Positions 1 to 11,932 of a stretch of DNA of 64,000 nucleotides are shown piece after piece. The stretch is from Leucoraja ocellata (lineage: Eukaryota), in contig JAWMAR010000313.1 of assembly GCA_036785375.1 (NCBI GenBank), forward strand, positions 992,001 to 1,056,000, read 5' to 3'. The notes under the pieces were generated by a model. That model was not told the origin of the DNA. It ran no database searches and was given only the letters and a program-made list of their open reading frames with translations. Position 1 is the first letter of the stretch. Each line of letters opens with the position of its first letter. The translations under genes were made by a program, and so were the position numbers.

Positions 1-330
1 ATCTATGGAGCGAAGGAAATAGGCAACGTTTCGGGCCGAAACCCTTCTTCAGCACCTCATATTCCGTTTGGGGAGTCTGCATCCTGGGGGCATGAACATC
101 GAATTCTCCCAATTTTGTTAGTCCTTGCTGTCTCCTCCCCTTCCTCAGTCCCCCTGCTGTCTCCTCCCATCCCCCAGCCTTCGGGCTCCTCCTCCTTTTT
201 CCTTTCTTGTCCCCGCCCACCCCCGCCCCCGATCAGTCTGAAGAAGGGTTTCGGCCCGAAACGTTGCCTATTTCCTTCGCTCCATAGATGCTGCTGCACC
301 CGCTGAGTTGCTCCAGCTTTTATGTGTACC
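1..330 (+). mobile_element. Penelope-like element 3' remnant with inverted pLTR arm
   Basis: About 53-121 translates HLIFRLGSLHPGGMNIEFSQFC*, resembling a GIY-YIG endonuclease C-terminus. A pyrimidine tract and pLTR follow; 1-52 is the reverse complement of 238-289. Confidence 0.75.
238..265 (+). ncRNA. Minimal hammerhead ribozyme core in Penelope pLTR
   Basis: CTGAAGA-A-GGGT(TTCG)GCCC-GAAA-CGTT = CUGANGA / stem II / GAAA / palindromic mini stem III / NUH. Such cores are known from Penelope-like elements. Activity not shown. Confidence 0.6.
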
Positions 331-354
331 CTCTCTTGCACCTTTACACGTGTA

Positions 355-665
355 CAATAGAGAACATGTTGATTGGTTGCATTACGGCCTGGTTCTGCAA
401 TTCGAATGTCCATGAATGAAGATCCCAGAAAGTGGTGAGCACTGCCCCAGTCCATCACAGGTACTGACCTCCCCACCATCAAAGGGATCTACAGCAGTTG
501 CCACCTCAAAAAGGCAGCCAGCATCATCAGAGACACACCAACCTGGCCACACTCTCATTTCACTCCTGCCATTGGGAAGAAGGCTAAAGGAGTTTTAAAA
601 CTGTAATATCCAGGTTCAGGAGCAGCTTCTGCTCTGCAACCATCCGGCTATTAAACACTGCAGCT
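355..665 (+). mobile_element. Rex1/Babar-like LINE 3' fragment (degenerate)
   Basis: Degenerate SIIRDTHQPGHTLISLLPLGRR motif, similar to the copies at 42436 and 58642. Confidence 0.6.
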
Positions 666-775
666 CCGAACTACATAGACTTGAGGGTAGCCAAAAATGT
701 CGGAGAATCTCAGCGGGTGAGGCAGCATCTATGGAGCGAAGGAATGGGTAACGTTTCAGATCCAAAACATCACCT

Positions 776-1280
776 AGTTCAAAGTTCCAAGTTCAAGTTC
801 AAAGTAACTTTATTGTCAATTCAATTATGCAACAGTAGTTACACAGAGGATTGAAATTACGTTTCCCCATACTCCAAATGTGCAAGTAATATTAAAAACA
901 CAGACAGACAACATACCAATAAAAATAGACAATAGACATACATTATTTAAAATATTAAAATATTCACAGTATGCCAAAATGTAGCAAAAACTTTGAAGTA
1001 TTTTAAAAAGGGTGCAACAATGAAAGGTGCGATATAGAAAAAGTGCAAATTTCGTACTGGAGACATTGAGCCAAAGTTATTTTCACAGTTTGTTGTCTTT
1101 GTTTGGGTACTGTTCATGGAATTTTCTTAAGTGTGTTGAGTAGTCTGATGGCCTGAGGGTAAAAGCTGTTTTTGAATCTGGTGGTTTTGCTCCGCATGCT
1201 GCGATAGCGCTTACCAGAAGGTAGGAGGGTGAACAGTTTGTGTGCTGGGTGGGTGGTGTCTTTGATGATATTGCTTGCTC
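776..1280 (-). mobile_element. Rex1/Babar-like LINE 3' end inserted into a Penelope hairpin (arms about 690-775 and 1281-1378)
   Basis: ORF 1114-1296(-) ASNIIKDTTHPAHKLFTLLPSGKRYRSMRSKTTRFKNSFYPQAIRLLN, with TGACAATAAA and (gaactt)n tail. Confidence 0.7.
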
Positions 1281-1897
1281 TATTCCTTCGCTCCATAGAT
1301 GCTGCCTCACCCGCTGAGTTTCTTTAGCACTTTTGTCCACCTTCGATTTTTCCAGCATCTGCAGTTCTTTCTTAAGCATAGGGTATTGTTTTTGTCTTTG
1401 CACTATTATTGTGTGTGTGTTTTAAACATTTTTGTGGTTAATTACAGAGTGCTTAGAGAGTACTATGTTTACGTATCTGTCATGATGTTGAAATTAAGAA
1501 TTTCATTGTTCCGTTTCAGGACAGATGGCAATAAAACACTCTTGATTCTTGAAGTCTTTGTCAAGGCTGAACAAACAAACGTAATAAATAGTTTATGTTA
1601 TGTAGGGTTTTGTCACGTCGTCTTGGCTCTTAACAACCCATAAATTTAAAATGTTGGGTGCAATGTGATCTTTTGTTTGTTCTCAACAGTTTAATGAAAA
1701 ATGACTTCCTCAGTATGTTGCTGCAAAGTCAACATAGGAAATGGGTTTGAGTCTCTGGAATGGGATTTGAATCCCATATTTTCTGACTCACCAATGACTG
1801 TGCTTTACTCAGCCAAGGGTGATTTTTAAAAAAAGCAAACAGTGTCAGCTAGGTTTTAGGTGGCCTCCCTTATTTGTAAAATTATAAGTAGAAAATA

Positions 1898-2264
1898 GGG
1901 GTTGGACAGGCTAGATGCAGGAAGATTGTTCCCGATGTTGGGGAAGTCCAGGACAAGGGGTCACAGCTTAAGGATAAGGGGGAAATCCTTTAAAACCGAG
2001 ATGAGGAGAACTTTTTTCACACGGAGAGTGGTGAATCTCTGGAACTCTCTGCCACAGAGGGTAGTTGAGGCCACAGTTCATTGGCTATATTTAAGAGGGA
2101 GTTAGATGTGGCCCTTGTGGCCAAGGGGATCAGAGGGTATGGAGAGAAGGCAGGTACGGGATACTGAGTTGGATGATCAGCCATGATCATATTAAATGGT
2201 GGTGCAGGCTCGAAGGGCCGAATGGCCTACTCCTGCACCTAATTTCTATGTTTCTATGTTTCTA
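1898..2264 (+). mobile_element. CR1 (HER1-like) LINE 3' fragment, subfamily A
   Basis: LDRLDAGRLFPMLGKSRTRGHSLRIRG...RVVNLWNSLP (CR1 ORF2 C-terminus) and (tttctatg)n tail. Confidence 0.85.
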
Positions 2265-2480
2265 ACTCACCATTCCTAAAGTCATTGGGCACAAGTCTCT
2301 GGCTAGCTCAACCACAAAACCATGTTTACTCATTTATTTTGATGCATGCCAGCTCGTTTAATAACAAACATTTTTTGGACCTTTCAAAGGTTTTATTCAA
2401 AGCCACTTTCTCTTCTTATGTCGATGGTGCAGATCCACGGCAAGCCCTCTCTGTACCTCAACCCAGTTTCTCACAAATAG

Positions 2481-2688
2481 TTTTTAAGAAGGAACTGTGC
2501 AGATGCTGGAAAATCGATGGTACACAAAAAAATGCTGGAGAAACTCAGCGGGTGCAGCAGCATCTATGGAGCGAAGGAAATAGGCAACGTTTCGGGCCCG
2601 AAACGTTGCCTATTTCCTTCGCTCCATAGATGCTGCTGCACCCGCTGAGTTTCTCCAGCATTTTTGTGTACACTATCTAGTAGTCTCT
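2481..2688 (-). mobile_element. Penelope-derived fold-back (hairpin) mini-element
   Basis: Near-perfect inverted repeat about 2521-2670 centred on AACGTTTCGGGCCCGAAACGTT. Confidence 0.75.
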
Positions 2689-2823
2689 AGCCCTAGATGT
2701 TGAACGTTGGTATTACTGCTTGCCTGCAGAGTAGAGTGACTGAGTTGAACTTGACCTCTGCCCCCCCCCCCCCCCCCCCCTCCCCCACCACATTTCATGG
2801 TGCAATGAGTGATCAGGAGATCA

Positions 2824-3698
2824 GGGCGGGGCGTTGGCACAGTGGTAGAGTTGCTGCCTTACAGCGCCGGGGACCCGGGTTCCATCCTGACTGCGGGCGC
2901 GTGTCTGGACGGTGGTTTGTACGATTCTCCCCGTGACCGTGTGGGTTTTCTCCAAGATCTTTGGTTTCCTCCCACACTCCAAAGATGTACAGGATTGTAG
3001 GTTAATTGACTTGGTAGAAGTATAGAAACATAGAAATTAGGTGCAGGAGTAGGCCATTCGGCCCTTCGAGCCTGCACCGCCATTCAATATGATCATGGCT
3101 GATCATCCAACTCAGTATCCCATCCCTGCCTTCTCTCCATACCCCCTGATCCCCTTAGCCACAAGGGCCACATCTAACTCCCTCTTAAATATAGCCAATG
3201 AACTGTGTGGCCTCAACTACCCTCTGTGGCAGAGAGTTCCAGAGATTCACCACTCTCTGTGTGAAAAAAGTTCTTCTCATCTCGGTTTTAAAGGATTTCC
3301 CCCTTATCCTTAAGCTGTGACCCCTTGTCCTGGACTTCCCCAACATCGGGAACAATCTTCCTGCATCTAGCCTGTCCAACCCCTTAAGAATTTTGTAAGT
3401 TTCTATAAGATCCCCTCTCAATCTTCTAAATTCTAGAGAGTATAAACCAAGTCTATCCAGTCTTTCTTCATAAGACAGTCCTGACATCCCAGGAATCAGT
3501 CTGGTGAACCGTCTCTGCACTCCCTCTATGGCAATAATGTCCTTCCTCAGATTTGGAGACCAAAACTGTACGCAATACTCCAGGTGTGGTCCAGGTATAA
3601 ATTGTCCCCCCGGTGTATGTCGGCTGGTGTTAATGTGCGGGGATCGCTGGTCGGTGTGGACTCGGTGGGCCCGTTTCCGCGCTGTATCTCTGAACTAA
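2824..3698 (+). mobile_element. HE1-like V-SINE split by a CR1 insertion
   Basis: tRNA-like head (GGCACAGTGGTAGAG...GGTTCCATCC) and V-domain GTGGGTTTTCTCC...GGTTTCCTCCCAC at 2824-3020; the tail resumes at 3591-3698. Confidence 0.75.
3022..3590 (-). mobile_element. CR1 LINE 3' fragment, subfamily A
   Basis: ORF 3185-3520(-) QRRFTRLIPGMSGLSYEERLDRLGLYSLEFRRLRGDLIETYKILKG. Confidence 0.9.
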
Positions 3699-4140
3699 TT
3701 GTATTGTATTGTATTCAAATTTATTGTCATTGTCTCAATTAGAGACAACGAAATGAATTTCCCTTTACAGTCAGTATCATAAAAATAAATAAATAATAAA
3801 TATTAAAACATATTAAAAAAATAAAATAGAATTTAAAAAAAAGCACAAACACAGAAAGTCCACGACACAACACAACAGTGGCACCAAGGTGAGGAAGGCA
3901 CCATTGTCCAGCCAGCCTCCCCTCCGATCTTCCCAGATGTTCATCCGTGGTCGGGGCCTTCCGAGCACCCGCAGTCGCCGCCCCGGGTGGCCCGATGTTC
4001 AGGCCCTCACGCCGGGCTGGTGGAACGCCGATGCTGATCCCCGATGGTGAACATCCTCCTCCTCAGCGGCCCGGATCTCCCGATCAGCCGCCTCCCGCAG
4101 CCGGAGTCCGCAGCTCCCGAGTCCGCAGGTCGAGCCAAAC
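3699..4140 (-). mobile_element. Unclassified GC-rich non-autonomous retroelement with Rex1-type 3' tail
   Basis: On the minus strand a GC-rich head ends in TTTCGTTGTCTC..GAGACAATGACAATAAA plus (aatac)n. Confidence 0.4.
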
Positions 4141-4551
4141 TAAACTAAAGGAGTGGGAATGGCAGATAATTCGTGGTCTATATGAGTCGTGCACGAGGGA
4201 GGAAAGCCTGGTGCGGATGATTTCATGTTTCTTTTTTCAGGCAACAACAGCTTTCCACACTGCTGCCAGTAAGCTTGAAAATAAACTTGCGTGACAATGG
4301 AAGCACAGAGGTTGTGTTTCAGATCTTGAATGAACAATGTTGGCACTAAGCATAAGAATTCCTCCTCCCGAAAAGGCTGATCCTCACAGGGGATGGTTTT
4401 CAAACGGGTCACTAAGCTGACTGGATAAGGTTGCCAGTTACTATAGTGGCGTTTAAGAGGCGTTTGGATAGACACATGCAAATGCAAGGAATGGAGAGAT
4501 ACTGGATCATGTGCGGGCAGGCAAGATCAGTTCAGCTCGGCATCATGTAAA

Positions 4552-4778
4552 TGCCCCCTGTCCCACTTAGGCAACCTGAACGGAAACCTCTGGAGACTTT
4601 GCGCCCCACCCAAGGTTTCCGTGCGGTTCCCGGAGGTTGCAGGTGGTTGCCGGAGGTTGCAGGTAGTGGAAGCAGGTCGGGAGACTGACAAAAAGCTCCG
4701 GGAACCGCACGGAAACCTTGGGTGGGGGGCAAAGTCTCCACAGGTTTCCGTTCAGGTTTCCTAAGGGGGACAGGGGCA
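4552..4778. mobile_element. MITE (PIF/Harbinger-like), copy 1
   Basis: Long TIRs TGCCCCTGTCCCACTTAGG...; three copies in the window; TTA at the right flank. Confidence 0.75.
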
Positions 4779-6132
4779 TTAGGCATAAACATTGTGGGTA
4801 GAAAGACCAGTTCCTGTGCAGCACTATTCTATATTAAGATCGGGGTGAACGTTATGCATTGAACAGGAAAGTGAGGCAAACTTTGAATGAAACCAGAGTC
4901 TTGTCTGACAGGTAGACAAAAGTGCTGGACAAACTCAGCGGGTGCGGCAGCATATATGGAGCGAAGGAAATAGGCAACGTTTCGGGCCGAAACCCTTCCC
5001 TCCAATTGCGAAATCTTGTCTGACAGGTTGTTAATAAATTATTCCTTTTACTTCTTATCACTGGAGATGTTTTAATCAGATCAAAACATTTTGTCATATC
5101 AGAGCTTAATATGGGCAGTAATACGAGACTGGCCCCAGTTTGCTGCGTATCAGGGAAAAGTCACTAGATAATCACGTTGCAACTGCTTTCAACCCTTTGA
5201 AAGCTATAATTCCCTCACAGCTGTCAAAACACAAATCTTTTATGGCTTAGAACACAACCGATGCAAAAATTAATTGTCTTCAAAGTGAATTGTTCTGGTC
5301 TTGAATCCCCTTTGAAGCTTAATACAAGGTGTGAGAATTCCAATCCTGGGAGAACATTTTCACTTAAAGCATTAGAAGCAGTAAATTTGCAAGAGTTTTG
5401 GTACAGAAATGGTCGGGTCGGGTCGGGGGGAGTCCCCCCCCCCCCGCTACGGGTACCATATAATCTCGTGCTACCCGCTCCATGGTCGGATAGTCGTCGA
5501 CCAAACCGTCTCCCCCACCTGGTTTGCCAGGTGAGGAGGGGGCTGTGGACCCCCAGCAGGAACAAAAACCAGACCTGTCAAAGGGTGGATGAGCTTCTAA
5601 CAACCCAATAGCCAACCACACTTCAGTAGAAGTTGCGATCACTGTCGTACAGAGGCATTGATCTTTTCGACGACGATGATGATTTGCAAATCGAGTAGTT
5701 CCGTAAAATCAATTTGGAATGTTATTTCCCTCTTCCCAATATGAACATCTCCCAACGGTTCTGTTTTCTGTTGGTGAATTATTTCTTGGACATCTTGCTC
5801 TATGAACCTGGGCTTTTAAGAGTCTCTTGAGTGGCAGCGAGCGGACAAGTAAACACAGTGACAGTTGAGGCTGAGCCTTGCCCTGTCCTTCGCTGATGAT
5901 CATACTGGTAGAAACAGCCAGCACATTGTTGCTATTAGTAGATCTTGTCTCACGGTTCCAGCTACCAATGGTGCTTTCAAGCCTGATCAATGACGTTGTG
6001 TCCCTTCATCACATGGGTTTGCTCTGGCTTCCTCCCATATCCTAAAATGTATAGATTTGCAGGTTATTTGGCAATGGTGCGTAGGTGAGTGGTAGAATGT
6101 TGGAGGCTGTGAAATGATGGGAATATTGGTAG

Positions 6133-6655
6133 AATAATAATAATAATAATAATTTTATTTATAGAGCACTTTAAAAACAAACATAGTTGCAACAAAGTGC
6201 TGTACATCACTAATCATTGACAAAAAAAAGTTAATACACACCAAAAATAACAATCAAAAGAAATAGTAGGAAAAGACATGTAAAATAAAGAAACATCAAA
6301 AACACCAAAAACAGAAGCAAAGTCTCAGGCATGGTCAAAAGCTAGGGAGTACAAATGTGTTTTAACACTGAAGATGGACAGTGAGGGGGCCTGTCTGATG
6401 TGCAACGGCAGGGTGTTCTAGAGTGCCAGAGCAGCAACAGAGAAGGCTCTATCCCCTCTGAGCCTCCGACTAGACCTCGGTACCTCCAGGAGCAGCTGAC
6501 CAGCTGACCTGAGGGACCGGGCAGGAGGGTATGGGTGGAGCAGCTCAGAGAGGTAAGGCGGGGCGAGCCCATTCAGAGATTTAAAAACAAATAACAGTAT
6601 CTTAAATTGAACTCGAAAGTGCACCGGGAGCCAGTGGAGGGAGGCCAGAACAGGG
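6133..6655 (-). mobile_element. L2-clade LINE 3' fragment
   Basis: ORF 6418-6624(-) FRVQFKILLFVFKSLNGLAPPYLSELL..RSLRS..GDRAFSVAA, with (tat)n tail. Confidence 0.8.
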
Positions 6656-7403
6656 TTATGGTTCGATTAGTGTATGAAAAGTGGTGTTTGTTGGTCGGTA
6701 AGGATTCAGTTGGCCAAAAGGCCAGTTTCCAAATTGCATCTCTCTACGGCTCTGTAAAAATATTGTTCAGATCATTATTCGACCTTCCCTAAACTAATGA
6801 GAGCCTAAGCACTGAATTCATTGAATCAGCTTAGTTTATTGTCACGTGTACCAAGGTACAGTGAAAAGCTTTTGTTGCATGCTATCCGGCCAGCAGAAAG
6901 ACAATACATGATTACAATCGATCCATTTACAGTGTGTAGATAAGGGATGATAAGGGAATAACGTTTAGTAAAGCCAGCAAAGTCCGATCAAGGATGATCC
7001 GAGGGTCACCAGAGAGGTAGATAGTTCAGAATTGTTCTCTGATTGTGGTGGGATGATTCAGTTGCCTGATAACAGCTGAGAAGAAACCCCATAATTCTGG
7101 AGGTGTACATTTTCACACCTTTTGCCTGATGGGAGAGGGGAGAAGAGGGAGTGGGCAGTGTGTGCAACTCGTCCTTGATTATGTGATATTGGGATTTTCC
7201 CTGAATTCTTGGCTCATTTGATTCAAAATCAAAAAGGTGAAGTGGGGTGATGTGGTGGAGGCATTGTTTCTACTCCAGCAGAGAATTCGATACACAATTT
7301 ATAGTCTACAAATGATTGATAGTGTTTCCTAAGTGGGTTGCTGGGCCACCACAAAAAGCACCATGAAAATGAGACTGATACATGTGTACGTCAGGCCAAG
7401 TTA

Positions 7404-7620
7404 TGCCCCTGTCCCACTTAGGAAAACTCTTTGCACCCCACGCAAGGTTTCCGTGCGGTTCCCAGAGGTTGCAGGTGGTTGCCGGAGGTTGCAGGTAGTG
7501 GAAGCAGGTAGGGAGACTGACAAAAACCTCTGGGAACCTCCGGGAACCGCACGGAAACCTTGCGTGGGGTGCAAAGTCTCCAGAGGTTTCCGTTCAGGTT
7601 TCCTAAGTGGGACAGGGGCA
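7404..7620. mobile_element. MITE (PIF/Harbinger-like), copy 2
   Basis: TIRs TGCCCCTGTCCCACTTAGGAAA / TTTCCTAAGTGGGACAGGGGCA; flanks TTA / TTG. Confidence 0.75.
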
Positions 7621-7771
7621 TTGATGGCAGGTTCCCTTCCCACGAAAAAGTTGGGTTGATAAGACAGTCCCGATGTGTTCTGGTATTTTTTTCTTGTTCT
7701 ATTGCACCAACAGTGGAATAAACATCCCAGATTTTGAACTTTGAGTTTGACTCTTGTTCCTTCTCTTCCAG

Positions 7772-7878
7772 TGCCGTGAGCCTGAAGCAAGCACAAGTGA
7801 AGTAAAAGACCCATTACCAGCCAAAGAAGTGGCAGCGATTTTGTTTCCTGTTTAAAGAGACAAAGAAATTGCACAAAC
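7772..7878 (+). other. AHNAK: Candidate AHNAK 5' UTR (non-coding) exon
   Basis: Acceptor ctcttgttccttctcttccag, donor AAC|gtatgt, no ATG, non-repetitive sequence. Splicing to 10487 gives a strong Kozak context cacaaacATGG. Confidence 0.55.
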
Positions 7879-8315
7879 GTATGTCCTTTCAGCATGTCTG
7901 CTTTTGACCTCATAGATGTAGTAATGTTGAGATTAATTTGTTTAAAATAGTTGTATATGTCATTTCGATATGTGATGCATAGCTTTAGACAACTTAACAA
8001 AAGTAACATCATTACATGCTACGTACATGCTTTATAAGCTATAACACAAAATCTTACAAAGCAAGGAAAAAAGCTTTCATTAATATAGGAGATTAATTAT
8101 AAAGGATTATTAATCTGCTCAAGGATCTTCCAAAGGAAACTTATATCAGATAGTTTCTCAAAGTCAATCCGATAGCTTCCAACCAAACGGAGCATCAGAA
8201 TGCCACCACCATCCGACTGCCCTGAGGTCCCCCATATATAACATCCCCAAAGAGACTCTTGAGTTCTCTACTGGGAAATACCAGGTACATTTGTTGAGTA
8301 TGACCAGAAGATCCA

Positions 8316-8670
8316 GACATAGAGTACAGCGTGGAAACAGGCCCGTCTGCCCAACTTGCTCATACTGGCCCAACATGTCCCAGCTACACTAGTCCCACCT
8401 CCCGACGTTTGCCCCACATCCCTCCAAACCCATCGTATCCATGTACCTGTCTAACTGTTTCTAAAACATTGGGATAGTCCCAGCCTCAACTACCTCCTCT
8501 GGCAGCTCGTTCCATACACCCACCATGCTTTGTGTGAAAACGTAACCTATCAGATTCCTATTAAATCTTTTCCCCTTCACCTTAAACCTATGTCCTCTGG
8601 TCCTCGATTCGCCTATTCTGGGCAAGAGACTCTATGCATCTACCCAATCCATTCCCCTCATGATTTTATA
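8316..8670 (-). mobile_element. CR1-like LINE 3' fragment (older subfamily; related copy about 8955-9272)
   Basis: Similar to CR1 3' ends (RVV..WNELP..VVEAG frame) and to the V-SINE tail. Confidence 0.6.
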
Positions 8671-9852
8671 TTACTGCAGTCCAAACATTCTACCATGTTA
8701 CACCTGAAACGCAACAGTTGTAGAGATATCTGAAGGCCAATATCCAACAGAACGCCCATAATCTAAAGTAACAGGAGATGTGTTGCAGGAGTGCAGGAGG
8801 ACCAGCAACATCATCATAACCATAATGTGTGCAGGATCTTCAGCACCATCAACTCCATTTATGGCCCAAACATCCATGTACTAATCTTGCTGACTCCATT
8901 CCAAAACTATTCCATCCAGCCTAGCCAGATCAAGAAGAAGCCTGAATGGGCAGATAGAGTCGTACAGCGTGGAGACACGCCCTCTGACTCAACTTGCTAC
9001 ACCAATCAACATGTCCCATTCACACTAGTCCCAGTCCCACCTGCCCTCGTTTGGCCCATATCCCTCTAAACCTGTCCTATCCATGTACCTGTCTAAATGT
9101 TGCGATAGTACCTGCTTCAACTATCTCCTCCGGCAGCTCGTTTCATACACGCACCGCCCTTTATGTAAAATAAGTTACCCCTTTTAACTAGTTCTTGATT
9201 CCTCTACTCTGGGCAAGAGACTGTCCATTTAACCAATCTATTCCTCTCATGATTGTGTACACCTTGATAAGATGACAAATGAAAAACAACAGGGCCCCAA
9301 GAACAGATAGTACACTCTTACACCTTACATTTGAGGCTCCTCTCCTCCACCGAACTTCAGAATCCATATTGCTTTTCTTCCACCACGACACTTGTCCTTC
9401 TGTCACTGCAGAGGTTCAATCAGGTACATCGTTAATAGGTATACTGACCCTGCGCTGAGAACAGATTTCAGGTGACACAATTTTTACATGGAAAATAGAT
9501 GTTTTTCGAGCCAGCACCGCCATACAATATGATCATGATAATTAGAAAATGTACATCAAGTGAGCCAGTGATCATTGGCTCCCTGTTACAGTGCTCAGCT
9601 GGTACACCGCTGGAATTCCTTGGCCAGACTTTAAGCTGAAGTTTAATTATTGTTTAACTATCTCTCAGTGCTTCTGTTTATAAATCTGAGATCCTCTATA
9701 TACTTCATTAAATGCTCTGGCAACTATTACGTACACAATCCCAGGTCTTTTTGGTCTTGTGCTTGCTTTAGAAGTATATGGTTTAATTTGTCTTCCTTCT
9801 CATTTTTCCAATCAAAATTTATCACTTGCTACTTTTCTTTGTTGGAACAGTA

Positions 9853-10357
9853 AACATAGAAATTAGGTGCAGGAGTAGGCCATTCGGCCCTTCGAGCCTG
9901 CACCGCCATTCGATATGATCATCCAACTCAGTATCCCATACCTGCCTTCCCTCCATACCCCCTGATCCCCTTAGCCACAAGGGCCACATCTAACTCCCTC
10001 TTAAATATAGCCAATGAACTGGCCTCAACTACCCTCTGTGGCAGAGAGTTCCAGAGATTCACCACTCTCTGTGTGAAAAAAGTTCTTCTCATCTCAGTTT
10101 TAAAGGATTTCCCCCTTATCCTTAAGCTGTGACCCCTTGTCCTGGACTTCCCTAACATCGGGAACAATCTTCCTGCATCTAGCCTGTCCAACCCCTTAAG
10201 AATTTTGTAAGTTTCTATAAGATCCCCTCTCAATCTCCTAAATTCTAGAGAGTATAAACCAAGTCTATCCAGTCTTTCTTCATAAGACAGTCCTGACATC
10301 CCAGGAATCAGTCTGGTGAACCGTCTCTGCGCTCCCTCTATGGCAATAATGTCCTTC
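9853..10357 (-). mobile_element. CR1 LINE 3' fragment, subfamily A
   Basis: ORF 9928-10371(-), near-identical to 3022-3590. Confidence 0.9.
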
Positions 10358-10486
10358 ATGTAGTAAACCATGTAACAAGGGCAATACTAACCAACAGTCC
10401 TCTTGTACAGATCTAGTGCCAAACAATAAATCTCTGCACAGTGAATAAGTATTTGACTATTACTTTGTACCCTCTTGTTTCTGTAG

Positions 10487-10640
10487 ATGGCCAAGAAAGA
10501 GGATGACCTTGATGTGTTGCTCCCTAGCTGGGCGGGGGCTGCTGCACATGGGTTTACTATAAGTGGCAGTGATGATGGCATCTTCATCAAGGACGTGGTT
10601 GAAAACTCCCCAGTAGGAAAGAGTGGAGTAATGAAAGAAG
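10487..10640 (+). CDS. AHNAK: AHNAK coding exon 1 (PDZ domain N-half)
   Basis: ctgtag|ATG; MAKKEDDLDVLLPSWAGAAAHGFTISGSDDGIFIKDVVENSPVGKSGVMKE-G|gtatgg. 154 nt; aligns to human MEKEETTRELLLPNWQGSGSHGLTI. Confidence 0.93.
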
Positions 10641-11041
10641 GTATGGTTTCCGCTCCTCAACTGCTAGTTTTCCTAATTACTTGCTGTACGTGCAAATGAT
10701 TAGCCTTCGACTAATTTGCTTCAGGTCACCCATTTCCCCTTGCATCTCAAAGCTCTGCAATCTTGACTCTTTTTCTCAGTAGTTATGATGACTGCAAATC
10801 GGCGATGATTGGTTTATAAGAACAGAACTATCATTTCATTTTACATAGTGTAGCAGCAGATTTTCATATCTTTCAGGTTAATTAGCACCCTAGCCGCTAT
10901 TTGGATGAGAATGGTCTTCTAAACGCATGCAAGCTCACTCACAGAGACCTTCAGAGCTTCTTCTCAGATATGACTTAAAAACACAGACTTTTGATTAATA
11001 AATGCTTTATTGTTGATAGAAAACAGTAAGATACATCCAAA

Positions 11042-11208
11042 GTACACAAAAATGCTGGAGAAACTCAGCGGGTACAGCAGCATCTATCAGTCTGAAGAAG
11101 GGTTTCGGCCCGAAACGTTGCCTATTTCCTTCGCTGCTGCACCCGCTGAGTTTCTCCAGCATTTTTGTGTACCTTCAATTTTCAAGCATCTGCAGTTCCT
11201 TCTTAAAC
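11042..11208 (+). mobile_element. Penelope-derived hairpin mini-element with 14-bp TSD and intact hammerhead core (11092-11119)
   Basis: AAGATACATCCAAA at 11028-11041 and 11209-11222; CTGAAGAAGGGTTTCGGCCCGAAACGTT inside. Confidence 0.75.
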
Positions 11209-11932
11209 AAGATACATCCAAATTTCTTCCAACTCGTTGATACAATCTTCTTCGAACTCCAGCTTATTACTTTAGACATTAGAAAACTCCTTGTGTCTCC
11301 GTGACACTGGCAAGATCCGCATGATCTCACATGGACCCTGCATGGCCCGCATGATCTCACATGGTAGAAGGATTAACCTTCCCCATCGGCTCTCCAAACT
11401 AATCTAAAAACTAAACTTCTGCGCAAGCATCTAAGCTCCAAACACGTCATAAATCCCACCCACAATATAACGGGCAGTCTAAAATTTAAAGGCACATGCC
11501 ATCCTCAATGACATGCAAAACAGGCCAAATGGCCACTACACATAGTGCATTATTTTAATCCAGCATCATTGCCTCTTATCAATCTGGAGATTCTATTAAA
11601 CAATAAGTTCATGTAATATGAGAACAAACAAAGTTGACCTAATGTTTTAAGAAATTATGAGATATGTTAGTCAGGCATAAGGTCTGGCTCATAGATATCA
11701 CTATGCTTTGTACATTGGTCTTCATATTATTTGTAATAATTAGTTAACAATAAGCTATGCTCACAAACAAAGGACAATAAACACATTGCGGCACCTTCAT
11801 TTACAAGCCTAATTTTCTTTACTGTATTAAAAATTCATCCTTGGTCATATACACAATATATTACCTAGCAATCAGCTTCCACATTTCATTTTTTTTTAAA
11901 TCACCTCAAGGTATTTTTGAGGTGCCATCCCC

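Noticed and set aside
2762-2787. Poly-C/G tracts (also about 57570, 62968 and 63715) as functional G-quadruplexes
   Set aside because: Simple homopolymers of uncertain assembled length, with no supporting context.
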